Program-made: the position numbers and the translations under genes | The notes under the pieces: model-generated | What the model saw: only the letters and a program-made list of their open reading frames with translations | Database searches by the model: none | Told to the model about the DNA's origin: nothing | In this document: positions 48,066-59,454 of the stretch, piece after piece | Position numbering within the stretch: position 1 is the first letter of the stretch | Layout of the letters: every line of letters starts with the position of its first letter | Assembly (NCBI GenBank): GCA_963776345.1 | Contig: CAVZMH010000022.1 | Span: 32,001-96,000, forward strand | Origin: an uncultured delta proteobacterium | GTDB lineage: Bacteria; Myxococcota; Myxococcia; Myxococcales; Myxococcaceae | DNA length: 64,000 bases | Reading direction: 5' to 3'

Positions 48066-48767
48066 CTAACGCCGATGGCCGAGCGATGCGAAGACCGGGT
48101 GCAGGGGCGGGCTCCCCTGGACCGCCGGCCCCAGCAGCTGGAGGAACCGGCGCCGGGACACGTCCGCCGCGCCGAACCGCGCCAGGTGCTCGGTCTCCAC
48201 CTGGCAATCGATGAGCAGGCACCCGGCGTCGAACAGCGACCGGGCCAGGGTCACGAACGCCGCCTTCGACGCGTCGGGGCCCCGGCTGAACATGCTCTCG
48301 CCAAAGAAGACCCGCCCCAGGGCCACGCCGTAGAGCCCGCCCACCAGCGCGCCGTCCTTCCACGCCTCCACCGAGTGGGCATGCCCCAGCCGGTGGAGCG
48401 CGAGGTAGGCGGCGTGCATCTCGGGGGTGATCCAAGTGCCGTCCTGGCCCGGCCGGGGCGCCTCGGCGCAGGCACGCAGCACCTCGTCGAAGGCGGTGTC
48501 GGCGCGGATCTCGTACGTCCCCTTCCGCAGCACCTTCTCCAGGCTCCGGGGCACGTGCAGGTGGCCCAGGAGCAGCACGAACCGTGGGTCCGGCGAGTGC
48601 CAGAGGATGGGCTGCCCCTCCGAGTACCAGGGGAAGATGCCGCGCCGGTACCCGGCGAGCAGGCGCGCGGGCGTGAGGTCGCCGCCGACCGCCAGGAGGC
48701 CCGAGCGGTCCGCCCGCTCGGGGGGCGGAAAGGACTCAGGATCCTGACCGAGGAGGAACACCGTCAC
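48066..48767 (-). CDS. aat: Leucyl/phenylalanyl-tRNA--protein transferase
   Basis: GLLAVGGDL, GIFPWY, WHSPDPR, TWI, AHSVE, GGLYG, FFGESMFS, ASK, DCQ. Confidence 0.96.
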   Translation of the reverse strand: MTVFLLGQDPESFPPPERADRSGLLAVGGDLTPARLLAGYRRGIFPWYSEGQPILWHSPDPRFVLLLGHLHVPRSLEKVLRKGTYEIRADTAFDEVLRACAEAPRPGQDGTWITPEMHAAYLALHRLGHAHSVEAWKDGALVGGLYGVALGRVFFGESMFSRGPDASKAAFVTLARSLFDAGCLLIDCQVETEHLARFGAADVSRRRFLQLLGPAVQGSPPLHPVFASLGHRR

Positions 48768-48809
48768 GCGCCGTCACCCGGGGACTTCTTGTAGCATCCA
48801 CGCCGAGGC

Positions 48810-49442
48810 GTGCCCCCCTCGTCGAGGCCTCCCAATCTCAACCGCGCCATCCGCGCGCTGATGCGCGACCTCTCGGTGCGCTCGCCCGAGTTCGCCCATC
48901 TGGTACCAGCGAAGGTGCTGGTGGTGGCCGGCGAGGCGCGCCGGGGCTCGCGCGGCTCGGTGAAGCCCCTGGCCTTCGCCCGGGGCAAGAGCCGGGATCG
49001 CTCCGGGGCGAGGAAGCCGGTGGTGCGGGTGGACGGGCGGCGGATGCTCTACTGCGTCACCCTGCGCCCGCTGTTCTTCCGCGACTCGCGGCCCGAGCAG
49101 CGCCTGGAGACCCTGCTCCACGAGCTGTACCACGTGAGCCCGGCCTTCGACGGGACGCTGGATCCGGTGCGCCGTCATGCGCGGATGGGCGGGACGTTCT
49201 CCCGGCGCTTCCGCCCGGTGGTGCGCCGCTACCTTCGCCAGTGTCCGCCCGAGGTGCTGGCGCCCTTCAGGCACCACGGTCCGGTGCGCATCCTCGCCTG
49301 GCTGGAGCGCCCGCCCGCGACCCACGCCCGGGGACGCTCACGGCGCGTCTACACCGAGGAGCAGCTCTACACCGCCACGGTCCAGATGCTGACCCGCCGG
49401 AAGCACCGCGCGGGCGAGACTGGGCGACTCCCCCCGGGTTAG
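48810..49442 (+). CDS. Putative metallopeptidase (phage metallopeptidase-like domain)
   Basis: LRPLFF...TLLHELYHVSP.FDG. Confidence 0.65.
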   Translation: MPPSSRPPNLNRAIRALMRDLSVRSPEFAHLVPAKVLVVAGEARRGSRGSVKPLAFARGKSRDRSGARKPVVRVDGRRMLYCVTLRPLFFRDSRPEQRLETLLHELYHVSPAFDGTLDPVRRHARMGGTFSRRFRPVVRRYLRQCPPEVLAPFRHHGPVRILAWLERPPATHARGRSRRVYTEEQLYTATVQMLTRRKHRAGETGRLPPG

Positions 49443-49458
49443 TCTCACCGGCGCTCCG

Positions 49459-51084
<1,626 letters not shown>

Positions 51085-51185
51085 TCCCCTCGCCCCGTGA
51101 ATAAGTTCGGCCGCTTCTGCGTCCAGGCGTGTGGCTCGGCCCGCTCCTTGCGGGGGCTGGTCGGGCGGGGAAGGATTGTCCGGCG

Positions 51186-52535
51186 ATGCTGAGGCGGCGC
51201 GCACGACTGCTGGCGGTGGCGGCGGCCCTGCTCTGGGGCCCGCTGGCCATCTCCACCCGCGCCCTGGCGCAGGAGGAGCCCATCCCCCAGCCCGAGGGGG
51301 ACGCGGACGTCACCAGCTTCGACGAGACGCTCTCGCCCTACGGGCAGTGGGTGGACACGGGCGAGGGGCCCAACGACGGGCGCGCCTGGCGCCCCGACCC
51401 GGACGTGGTCGGCGAGGACTTTCAGCCGTATGCCACCGGCGGCCGCTGGGTCTACTCGGACTGGGGCTGGACCTGGGAGAGTGACTACCCGTGGGGGTGG
51501 GCGCCGTTCCACTACGGGCGCTGGGCGATGACCCCCTCCTGGGGCTGGGTCTGGTACCCGGGGATGGTCTGGGCCCCCGCCTGGGTCGACTGGCGCTTCG
51601 GGGGCGGGTACATCGGCTGGGCGCCGCTGCCCCCGGTGGGCTTCGCGGTCGTCGTCCAGCCCTGGCGGCCCTACTGGTGCTTCGTCCCGAGCAACGCCTT
51701 CATCTACCGCGACGTGTGGGCCTACCGGCTCCCCGTGGACCGCATTCACTCGGCGTACGCGGCCACCGTGCCGGTCCACCAGGCGGTGAGCTACGGGCGA
51801 GCCCGCTGGTATGCCGGGCCCCCCGTACCCCAGGTGGAGCGCGCCGTGGGCCGGCCCGTGCCCCGGGTGACGGGCTTCACCCCGCCGCCCCCGGGCCGGG
51901 TGCAGCCGGTGCTTCCTCCCTCCCGCGGCGGGACCGGCACCCTGGCCCCGCGGCCGAGCCAGCCGTTCCCCGGAGTGGCCCCCGCCCGGCCGGCGACCCC
52001 CGGCGGCTCGGTGTCCGCGCCCAGCAGCGGCTTCCGCGCGCCGAGCACCCCGAGCCCGTACCGCGGGAGCCCGTCGACAGGAGGGGGCGGGGTCGCAGCG
52101 CCCCGTCCCGCGACGCCTGGCACCAGCGCTCCCTCGGGACCGTCGGCCCCGGGTCCCCGCCCGCGCTCGCTCGGGTACTGGACGCCGCAGCAACGCTCGA
52201 GCGGGTCGCCCGCGGTCGCGGGCCAGCGAGGCTTCGGCGCTCCCTCGAGCTCGCAGACGTTCGGCACGCCGTCCCGCGGCTTCTCCAGCCCCTCGACGGG
52301 CGGGTTCGGCGCGCCGTCGCGCAGCTTCTCGACCCCGTCCCCGTCGCGCAGCTTCTCCTCGTCGCCGGGCGGCTTCTCGGCCCCCTCGCGCGGCTTCTCC
52401 GCCCCCTCGGCGCCCCGCGTGGGCGGCGGCGGTGGGGTGCACGTCGGCGGAGGGGGCGGCACCGCCGTGGGTGGCGGCGGTCACTCGGGTGGCAGCGGCG
52501 GCGGCCACTCGGGTGGCGTCGGCGGACACCGCTAG
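51186..52535 (+). CDS. Secreted DUF6600-like protein with a low-complexity tail
   Basis: Signal peptide, LSPYGQW, WGWAPFHYGRW, WAPAWV, GWAPLPP, and a Pro/Ser/Gly-rich C-terminus. Confidence 0.8.
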   Translation: MLRRRARLLAVAAALLWGPLAISTRALAQEEPIPQPEGDADVTSFDETLSPYGQWVDTGEGPNDGRAWRPDPDVVGEDFQPYATGGRWVYSDWGWTWESDYPWGWAPFHYGRWAMTPSWGWVWYPGMVWAPAWVDWRFGGGYIGWAPLPPVGFAVVVQPWRPYWCFVPSNAFIYRDVWAYRLPVDRIHSAYAATVPVHQAVSYGRARWYAGPPVPQVERAVGRPVPRVTGFTPPPPGRVQPVLPPSRGGTGTLAPRPSQPFPGVAPARPATPGGSVSAPSSGFRAPSTPSPYRGSPSTGGGGVAAPRPATPGTSAPSGPSAPGPRPRSLGYWTPQQRSSGSPAVAGQRGFGAPSSSQTFGTPSRGFSSPSTGGFGAPSRSFSTPSPSRSFSSSPGGFSAPSRGFSAPSAPRVGGGGGVHVGGGGGTAVGGGGHSGGSGGGHSGGVGGHR

Positions 52536-52557
52536 CGGCCGCGCCGGGGGGCCGCGG

Positions 52558-53073
52558 GTGAGCAAGCCCCAGCCCGAACCCGAGAGCGGGAGCCCGGAGA
52601 GTGTCGTCCGGGGGTGGATCCGCTTCGGCCGCTCGTCGTTCCGGGCGCTGCTGCAGCGGGTGCTCCGCTCCTGGGCTGCCCGGAGCCTCCAGGTCGGCGC
52701 GCTCACCACGGTGGTGGACGTCTGCGTGCTCCTGGTCTGTGTCCGGCTCCTCCGGCTCCCGACCCCGGTGAGCGCCGCGGCCGGCGTGGCGGTGGGCGCG
52801 ACGCTGGCCTTCTTCCTGAACCGCATCTTCGCCTTCCGGGCGCGGGGGACGCCGGTGGCGGGTCAGGCGGTGCGCTTCATCCTCTCCACGCTCATCGCCA
52901 TGACGATCCACGCCTCGCTGGTGGGCATCCTCGCCGACCGCTTCGACGTCCCGGTGGTGGTGGCCAAGCTCATCGCCGACGTGCTGGTCTTCAGCATCGG
53001 CCAGCTGCTGGTGATGCGCTTCCTGGTGTTCAGGAAGTCGCCGCACGGGGCGGCGGGGCAGCCGCCGAGCTGA
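52558..53073 (+). CDS. GtrA family membrane protein
   Basis: VG...T.VD, FFLNRIFAF, RF, AKL, and RFLVF ending. Four TM helices. Confidence 0.85.
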   Translation: MSKPQPEPESGSPESVVRGWIRFGRSSFRALLQRVLRSWAARSLQVGALTTVVDVCVLLVCVRLLRLPTPVSAAAGVAVGATLAFFLNRIFAFRARGTPVAGQAVRFILSTLIAMTIHASLVGILADRFDVPVVVAKLIADVLVFSIGQLLVMRFLVFRKSPHGAAGQPPS

Positions 53074-55026
53074 CTACCGCGCCGGGCGCGCGGCGCTGCC
53101 CTGCGAGGACGCCTCGCCGGGGACCTGCGCCTCGAGCCGCTTCACCGCCTCCACCGCGGGCGACAGATCGGCCTGCCGGGCGACGGCCTCGCGGTACTCG
53201 CGGAGCGCGTCCTTCTTCCGGTCCTGCGACTCGTAGAGCTGGCCCAGGTAGAAGTGGGGCGCGCCAAAGTTGGGGTCCACCGCCAGGCTCGCCTTGAAGG
53301 CCTTCTCGGCCTCCGCGGGCTGGCCGCGCTCGAACAGCACCTGGCCGAGGTACATGTGGGCCAAGGGCTGGCGGCTGTCCGTCGCCAGCACGCTCCTCAG
53401 CGTCTTGAGCGCGGTGTCCGGGTCGCCGCCCCGGAAGTAGAGCGAGCCGAGCTCGGCCCGGGCCTCGAGCTGGGTCGGGTCGCGCCGGACCAGCTGCTCC
53501 AGCTCCGGCAGGGCCAGATCCGGTCGACCGCGGCGCGAGTGGAGCACGCCCAGCCGCGAGAGCACCGCGGTGTCGTCCGGATGGCGCTCCTTGGCCCGTC
53601 CCAGCACTCGCTCGGCGGCGGCGTAGTCGCCCTTGGCCAGGTAGAGGTCGGCGAGGCCGAGGGCCGCGGCGGTGTCGTCCGGGGACTCCTTGAGCACCGC
53701 CTGGTACAGCGGCTCGGCCTTGGCGCTCACCCGCTTGCGAGCGTAGAGGGCGGCGAGCTCGAGGCGGGCCTCGCTGGTGGGCTCGAGCTGCAGCCGCCGC
53801 TCGGCCTCGACGATCGCCCCGTCCAGGTCGCCCATGGCGAGGTGGGCGTCGGCCAGCGCGGCGCGGGCGCTCCCGTCCTGGGGGAACTCGCGCACCGCCT
53901 TCTCCAGCACCGCCACCGCCTCCTTGAACCGGCCCAGGCCCACGTAGGCGATGGCCAGCCCGCGGTACGCCTCGGTGCTGCGCGAGGCCTTCCGGTCCTC
54001 GGCCATGAGCGCGATGGCCTTCTGGAACGCCGCGACGGCCTGGGTGCGCTTGCCCTGCTTCAAGTACAGCTGCCCGAGCTGGGTGTACGGCGCGCTGGCG
54101 CTGGGGTTGACGCTCTGGGCGCGGGCGAACGCCTGGTTGGCGCGGATGTTGTCTCCGGTGCGGAAGTACGACAGCCCGAGGTTGAACCAGGCTTCGGCGG
54201 AGCGCGGGTCCTCCTTCGTCGCGGCGAGGAACTCGCGGCGCGCACCCTCGAAGTCGTCCTTCCAGTCGAGCGCCACGCCGAGGTTGTTGTGCGCTTGCGA
54301 CGAGCGCGGTTCGAGCTGGAGGGTGCGCTCGAACGCCCCGATGGCCCCGGCCACGTTGCCCTCGCGGAGGAGCAGCACGCCGAGGTTGTAGTGGGTGGCC
54401 GGGTCGAGCGGGGCGGCCTGCGTGGCGGCCATCAAGAGCTCCTTGGCCTCCCCGGTGAGCCCCTTCTCGGCCAGCGCCTTGGCCAGGTTCACCTTGGCCA
54501 CGGTGAGGTTGGGGTCGAGCTCCAGCGCCTTCCGGTACGTGGCGATGGCCTCGTCCACCCGGGCGCTCCGCTGGAGCGACTCGGCAAGGTTGAAGTGGGC
54601 GGTGGCGTCGCGCGGCTGCAGCTCGGTGACCCGGGTCCAGGCGCGGACCGCGCCCTCGTTGTCGTCCAGCGAGCGGGCCAGGAGCGCGCGCTCCACGTGC
54701 AGCGCGGGGTCGGAGGGGCTCGAGGCGATGGCCGCGTCGAGCAGCGTCTTGGCCTCCGCCGCCTCGCCGGCGAGCCGCAGCGCGCGAACGAGCAGCAGCG
54801 TGCTCTCGGGCCCCGGCTGCCGGCGCGCCAGCTCGCGCAGGGGCGGCACCGCCTTGTCCGGCTCCTCCAGCGAGAGGTAGGCGATGCCCAGCCGGCGGAG
54901 CGCGTCGGCGTCGTCCGGCGAGTCGCGGAGCCGGGCCTCGTCGGCCTTCACCGACTCGCGGAGCTTGCCCGTCTCGGGTCCGGCGAGGAGCAGCAGCAGC
55001 GCCGGGAGGAACGCCGCTCCTGCCAT
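53074..55026 (-). CDS. Secreted multi-TPR protein
   Basis: Start MAGAAFLPALLLLLA, TGATG-coupled to the upstream gene. Many canonical TPRs (AHFNLA, THYNLG, AHNNLG, AWFNLG). Confidence 0.85.
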   Translation of the reverse strand: MAGAAFLPALLLLLAGPETGKLRESVKADEARLRDSPDDADALRRLGIAYLSLEEPDKAVPPLRELARRQPGPESTLLLVRALRLAGEAAEAKTLLDAAIASSPSDPALHVERALLARSLDDNEGAVRAWTRVTELQPRDATAHFNLAESLQRSARVDEAIATYRKALELDPNLTVAKVNLAKALAEKGLTGEAKELLMAATQAAPLDPATHYNLGVLLLREGNVAGAIGAFERTLQLEPRSSQAHNNLGVALDWKDDFEGARREFLAATKEDPRSAEAWFNLGLSYFRTGDNIRANQAFARAQSVNPSASAPYTQLGQLYLKQGKRTQAVAAFQKAIALMAEDRKASRSTEAYRGLAIAYVGLGRFKEAVAVLEKAVREFPQDGSARAALADAHLAMGDLDGAIVEAERRLQLEPTSEARLELAALYARKRVSAKAEPLYQAVLKESPDDTAAALGLADLYLAKGDYAAAERVLGRAKERHPDDTAVLSRLGVLHSRRGRPDLALPELEQLVRRDPTQLEARAELGSLYFRGGDPDTALKTLRSVLATDSRQPLAHMYLGQVLFERGQPAEAEKAFKASLAVDPNFGAPHFYLGQLYESQDRKKDALREYREAVARQADLSPAVEAVKRLEAQVPGEASSQGSAARPAR

Positions 55027-55670
55027 CACAGCTTCTCCACGAAGGGACTGGCCCGGGCGTCGAACGTCTTCCGGGCCAGCACGTCGCGCTTCTTCTCCCA
55101 CTCGGCCCGGGCCCGCTCCATCCGCTCCTGCTCGGGCTTGGAGGCCTTCTTCTTCTCGCCCAGCTCGGCCTCGCAGGTCTTCACTTGCTGCTCGAAGTCC
55201 TTGGGCTCGTAGCGCTCGCTGCCGGGCACCTTCACCTTGCGCACCGCGGTGAGCCGCGCGAGCTGGTACCGGGCCACCGCGCAGGTTCGGTTCAGCTCGT
55301 CGAGCGTGCGGTTCCGGGTGTTGAGATCCTGCTTGGCCCGCAGGTACTCCACCCGGGCCTGGGCCTCCTCGCGGGCCAGCACCGCCACGTCCTTGCTGGG
55401 CTGGTCCTTGGCCTGGCCGATCTCTTCGCTGGCCAGCGACTCGGACTTCTTGGCCCGGCGGATCTGGTCGCGGGTGCGGAGGATCTCGTTCTCCCCCTCG
55501 TCCACCTTGTCGTAGGCGACGAAGAGGTCGTTCTCCGCCTCCACCAGGTCGATCTTGTTCTCGTAGGTGAGCGTGTTCACCATGTCGTCGGGCACCTTGC
55601 GGCCGTACTTGCCGCCGCAGCCCGCGGCCATGAGGAGCGCCCACCACCACGCCGTCGTGCGCAGGGTCAT
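55026..55670 (-). CDS. Coiled-coil lipoprotein
   Basis: Lipobox-like AAGC, heptad-rich charged sequence, 4-nt overlap with the upstream gene. Confidence 0.75.
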   Translation of the reverse strand: MTLRTTAWWWALLMAAGCGGKYGRKVPDDMVNTLTYENKIDLVEAENDLFVAYDKVDEGENEILRTRDQIRRAKKSESLASEEIGQAKDQPSKDVAVLAREEAQARVEYLRAKQDLNTRNRTLDELNRTCAVARYQLARLTAVRKVKVPGSERYEPKDFEQQVKTCEAELGEKKKASKPEQERMERARAEWEKKRDVLARKTFDARASPFVEKL

Positions 55671-56200
55671 TGCACCTTCGCCTTGAAGTCGCCGAACACC
55701 GTCCGGCCACAGCCGAAGTCCACGCAGCGCTGGAAGGTCACGCTGAAGTTGCCGTTCACCGTGCCCCCGTCGCGCGGCACGTCGTAGAGGACCATGTAGC
55801 CGTCGGAGAGCAGGGGGAAGGACTTGCGCGGGTCGTTGAACACGTCCCGGGTGACCACCCCGCGCTGCTGATCGAAGACGCCGCCGTCCGGAAGCACGCC
55901 CCCGTCGGGCATCCCGGCGTCGGCCAGCGCGAAGTCGGGGAGCGGCGCGGCCAGGTTGACGTAGTCGCCGGTGCGGACGGTCAACCCGTCGAGCTTCTCC
56001 GAGACCTCCAGCACCGCGTCCTCGCCGCTGCCGCGCGGCCGGGTCCAGCGCACGGCGATCTGGTCGCCGGAGAAGCGCAGCTTGATGTCCTGGTACGTCA
56101 GGTCGAGGATTTCTTGAAGACTACCCTCGACCTTGGTCGGGCCGCAGGCGAGCGCCATCCCCACGACGGCGGCGGCAAGGGGAAGGGCGGCGCGCTTCAT
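55667..56200 (-). CDS. Lipoprotein
   Basis: MKRAALPLAAAVVGMALAC lipobox, GGAGG RBS, DAG/PDGG repeats, C-terminal Cys pair. Confidence 0.75.
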   Translation of the reverse strand: MKRAALPLAAAVVGMALACGPTKVEGSLQEILDLTYQDIKLRFSGDQIAVRWTRPRGSGEDAVLEVSEKLDGLTVRTGDYVNLAAPLPDFALADAGMPDGGVLPDGGVFDQQRGVVTRDVFNDPRKSFPLLSDGYMVLYDVPRDGGTVNGNFSVTFQRCVDFGCGRTVFGDFKAKVQ

Positions 56201-59200
56201 CGACAGGTCCTCCACTCGGGGTCGACGTCGAACCCGGAGAGGGCGGCGCTCTTCACCGAGGCCAGCTCCTTCCGGGCCCCGTCCTGGTCACCGTAGCGAC
56301 AGCGGAGCGCGGCGAGGTTGGCCCGGGCCTTCTCGTTGCCGGGGTCCGTCTCGAGCGCCTTGCCGTAGGCGGCGCGGGCCGCCATCGGCTCACCCTGGTA
56401 GAGGAGCGCCACCCCGAGCCCGTTCTGGGCGGCGCTCCGCGTCTCCCCGAGCTCGGTGGCCCGGGAGAGCGCCAGCTGCGCCATGGGGATCTGCCGCGCC
56501 TCGAGGTAGGCCAGGCCCAGCGCCTCGAGCGAGGCGGCGTCCTGGTTGGCCTCGGCCTTCTTCTGCAGCTCGGCGAACGAGGGCGGGAGGTTGCCCGCGG
56601 CCGGAGGCGCGGGGAGCGGCGAGCGCGCGGTCTCGCTCCGGGCGCGGCACCCCAGCACCGCCGTGCTGTACACCTCGAGCTGGGTGGCCCTGGCGAGGCA
56701 GGTCTTGAACGCCTCGTCGGCCTGCTCCTTGATGGGCTGCACTTGCTGCTTCACCGCGGACCTGAACTGCTGCGCGTCCGCGGCCGAGACACCGGCGGGG
56801 ACCGGGGTGGCCTCCACCGCCTCGGCGAGCGACTGGAGCGACAGGCCCAGCTTCCACAGCGAGGCCACCGCCCACTCCGAGCTGCCCATCGACGCCGCCT
56901 GGTTGTACACGCCCTGGAGCTGCTGGAGCGCGGCCACCTTCTGGTCGATCTGGTCGGCGGGGATGGCCTTGAAGTTCCGGTAGAGCAGCTCGCCGAGGTA
57001 CCAGAGCGCCTTGGCGGTGTCCTCGCCCTGGCTCGAGGGCGCGTTCACCACCGGGGCGAGCGTCTTGGCCAGCACGTCGGGCCGCTCGCCCTGGCTGGCC
57101 GCCACCTCGGCGATCACCGCCGCGGCCTGCGGGTTGGTCCGGTCCACCCCGAGCGCCTGGCTGGCGCTGGCCTTGGCCCCGGCCAGATCGCGCGCCTTGA
57201 GCTTCGCCTGGGCGAGCAGGGCCAGCGCCTCGCCGCGGCGGTTCCCGCCCACGTTGGCGGCGTTCTGGAAGTCCTTCTGGGCCCCGGGCAGGTCGTTCAG
57301 CACCATCCGCAGCCGTCCGGCCGCCATCCATCCGTCGTAGGCGGTGCCGTCCTGGCCCATGCGGGCGCCGAGCTGCTCGTACCACTGCGCAGCCTCGGGG
57401 AAGCGGCCGGCCTCCGCGGAGTGGCGAGCGATGGTGGCGAGCACGTCCGAGGTGTAGGCGGTCTTCGGGAAGTCGGTGAGCAGCTTGGCGCCGATCTCCC
57501 GTTCCTTGGCGTAGTCCTTCTTCTCCCGGGCGGCGGTGAACGCGCCGTAGAGCGCCTTCTCCGCGATGTCGCCGCCCTTGTTCTCCGAGGCGACCTTGAG
57601 CAGGCCCTCCACCACGTCGCCGGTCTCCGCCGAGCTCTGGAGCGCCAGCTCGCCCAGCGCCTCGCCCTTGCTCTCGCTCTGGAACTTCCGCACTTCGGCC
57701 AGGAAGCTGGCCGGGAGCTGTCCGTTGCCGAGGAACTTCCGGGTGGTCTCCTCGATGCCCTTGAAGTCGTTGAGCTGGCGGAGGCTGTCCAGGGCCAGCT
57801 TGCCCGCCACCGGCGCGTCCTTCTGCGTCGGGTACTCCATGGCGAAGGCGGTGAAGAGCTGGCTCGACCGCTCGAACTCGCCGTCGTCGTAGTAGGCGCG
57901 GGCGATGTTGAACTTGACGGTGAGCGCGTTGGGGTTGCGCGGGTACTTGGCGATGAACTTCGCCCCGTCGAGCTTCAGCGCCTGCCGGGCGTCGGCCACC
58001 TCGAAGGCGGTGATCCGGTCCACCTCGCCGGGCTTGAGCGCGCTGAAGTGGGCGAGCAGCGCGCCGTAGGCCGCGGCCTCGGCCCCGCCGGCGTTCTTCG
58101 CCCGGGTCTCGTAGGCCTCCAGCTCCTCGAACTGCCGCGCCGCCTCGGGGTAGGCGTGCGCGGCGAACAGCGCATCGGCCCGGTTGTGCATGATGTCCCG
58201 GACGTACTTCTCGGGCCGGAAGAGGGACAGGTACTCCTTGTAGGCGCTCGCCGCCTGTAGATACACCTTCCGGTCGTCGCTCTTCTGGGCCAGCGCCTGG
58301 AGCTGGGTGGCCAGGTCGCGGGTCAGCTCCTCGAGCTCCACCAGCTGCTTGCGGCGGAGGGTCTCGTCCTTGAACGGATCGACCTTCACGTTCACCGCCG
58401 CGCGCACCAGGAACTTGATGTCGTCCTGCTGGGTGGGGACGCGGCCCTTGGCGGCCTTCAGCGAGTCGTAGAGCTTCTCCGCCCGCTCGATGTCCAGGTC
58501 CGGGTCGGGCTGGATCTCCATCAGCTTCCGCAGCGCGGGGATGGCCCACTCGTACTGCTGCTTGATGAAGTAGCGGTTCCCCAGCTTGTCCAGCGCCAGG
58601 GCGTAGGTGGTGCGGCTGTCCGAGAGCTTCTCGAAGTACGGCAGCGCCCCCTTGGCCGGCCGGGCCTCGGTGTAGCTGTAGACCAGGTCCAGCAGCGCCT
58701 CGCGCTTGACGTTGAGCGCCTTCTGGGCGTCCTGGCCGGGCATCGGCTCGCTCCCCGCCGCGCCCTCGAAGAAGGTGACCGCGTCGTTGAACTTCTGCTG
58801 GTTCACCCGGATCCACCCCAGCTTGTAGCGGGCCAGGTCGTGCACCGGGCTCTGGGGGAACTTGAGGATCTCCTGGTAGTGCTTCTCGGCCTCGGCCAGG
58901 TCGGTCTTGTCGAAGTAGTAGTCGCCGATGATCTGCTCGGACTCGAGGCGGAGCGGGCTCTTGGGGTACTTGGCGATGAGCTCGTTCAGGGTCTTGAGCA
59001 TCTCGTCGAACTGACCGAGCTCGCGCATCTCGTGCGCCAGGTAGAAGGTGACCTTGTCCGCGTCGTGGAAGTCCGGGAACTCGCGCAGCAGGCGGTTGTA
59101 GAGCTGCACCGCCTTCTGCTTCAGGAGCTTGGTCTCCGGGCTGACGATGGCGCCCTTGTTGTCGCCGCCGCGCTGCTCCACCTGGAGGAAGTACACGTAG

Positions 59201-59454
59201 CGGCTCTTCTCCACGTAGAGCTCGGCCAGGCGGAACTGGAGGTCCGGCAGGTACGGGGCGTTGCGGCTCTTGGCGATCAGCCGCTCGGTCTCGAGGAGGG
59301 AGCGGTCCACCTTGAAGATGTCTCGCTTCAGCTTCTCGAGGTACTCGGTCTTCTCCCGGGCCCGGGTGACCACCGGGTTTACGCTCTTGTCCAGCGTGGG
59401 CAGCAGCGGGCTCTTGGCCTGCGCGAGCAGGAGCAGCAGGAGTCCACCCGTCAC
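56197..59454 (-). CDS. Large periplasmic TPR protein, GltD/AgmU/NfsD-like
   Basis: Signal peptide, FRLAELYVEKSRY, repeated L...YP.S TPR motifs, GSSEWAVA. Context in a Glt-like cluster. Confidence 0.8.
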   Translation of the reverse strand: MTGGLLLLLLAQAKSPLLPTLDKSVNPVVTRAREKTEYLEKLKRDIFKVDRSLLETERLIAKSRNAPYLPDLQFRLAELYVEKSRYVYFLQVEQRGGDNKGAIVSPETKLLKQKAVQLYNRLLREFPDFHDADKVTFYLAHEMRELGQFDEMLKTLNELIAKYPKSPLRLESEQIIGDYYFDKTDLAEAEKHYQEILKFPQSPVHDLARYKLGWIRVNQQKFNDAVTFFEGAAGSEPMPGQDAQKALNVKREALLDLVYSYTEARPAKGALPYFEKLSDSRTTYALALDKLGNRYFIKQQYEWAIPALRKLMEIQPDPDLDIERAEKLYDSLKAAKGRVPTQQDDIKFLVRAAVNVKVDPFKDETLRRKQLVELEELTRDLATQLQALAQKSDDRKVYLQAASAYKEYLSLFRPEKYVRDIMHNRADALFAAHAYPEAARQFEELEAYETRAKNAGGAEAAAYGALLAHFSALKPGEVDRITAFEVADARQALKLDGAKFIAKYPRNPNALTVKFNIARAYYDDGEFERSSQLFTAFAMEYPTQKDAPVAGKLALDSLRQLNDFKGIEETTRKFLGNGQLPASFLAEVRKFQSESKGEALGELALQSSAETGDVVEGLLKVASENKGGDIAEKALYGAFTAAREKKDYAKEREIGAKLLTDFPKTAYTSDVLATIARHSAEAGRFPEAAQWYEQLGARMGQDGTAYDGWMAAGRLRMVLNDLPGAQKDFQNAANVGGNRRGEALALLAQAKLKARDLAGAKASASQALGVDRTNPQAAAVIAEVAASQGERPDVLAKTLAPVVNAPSSQGEDTAKALWYLGELLYRNFKAIPADQIDQKVAALQQLQGVYNQAASMGSSEWAVASLWKLGLSLQSLAEAVEATPVPAGVSAADAQQFRSAVKQQVQPIKEQADEAFKTCLARATQLEVYSTAVLGCRARSETARSPLPAPPAAGNLPPSFAELQKKAEANQDAASLEALGLAYLEARQIPMAQLALSRATELGETRSAAQNGLGVALLYQGEPMAARAAYGKALETDPGNEKARANLAALRCRYGDQDGARKELASVKSAALSGFDVDPEWRTCR

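Noticed and set aside
52558..53074. GtrA gene abutting the Glt-like cluster as a functional link to polysaccharide handling
   Set aside because: Convergent orientation. Adjacency alone is not evidence.
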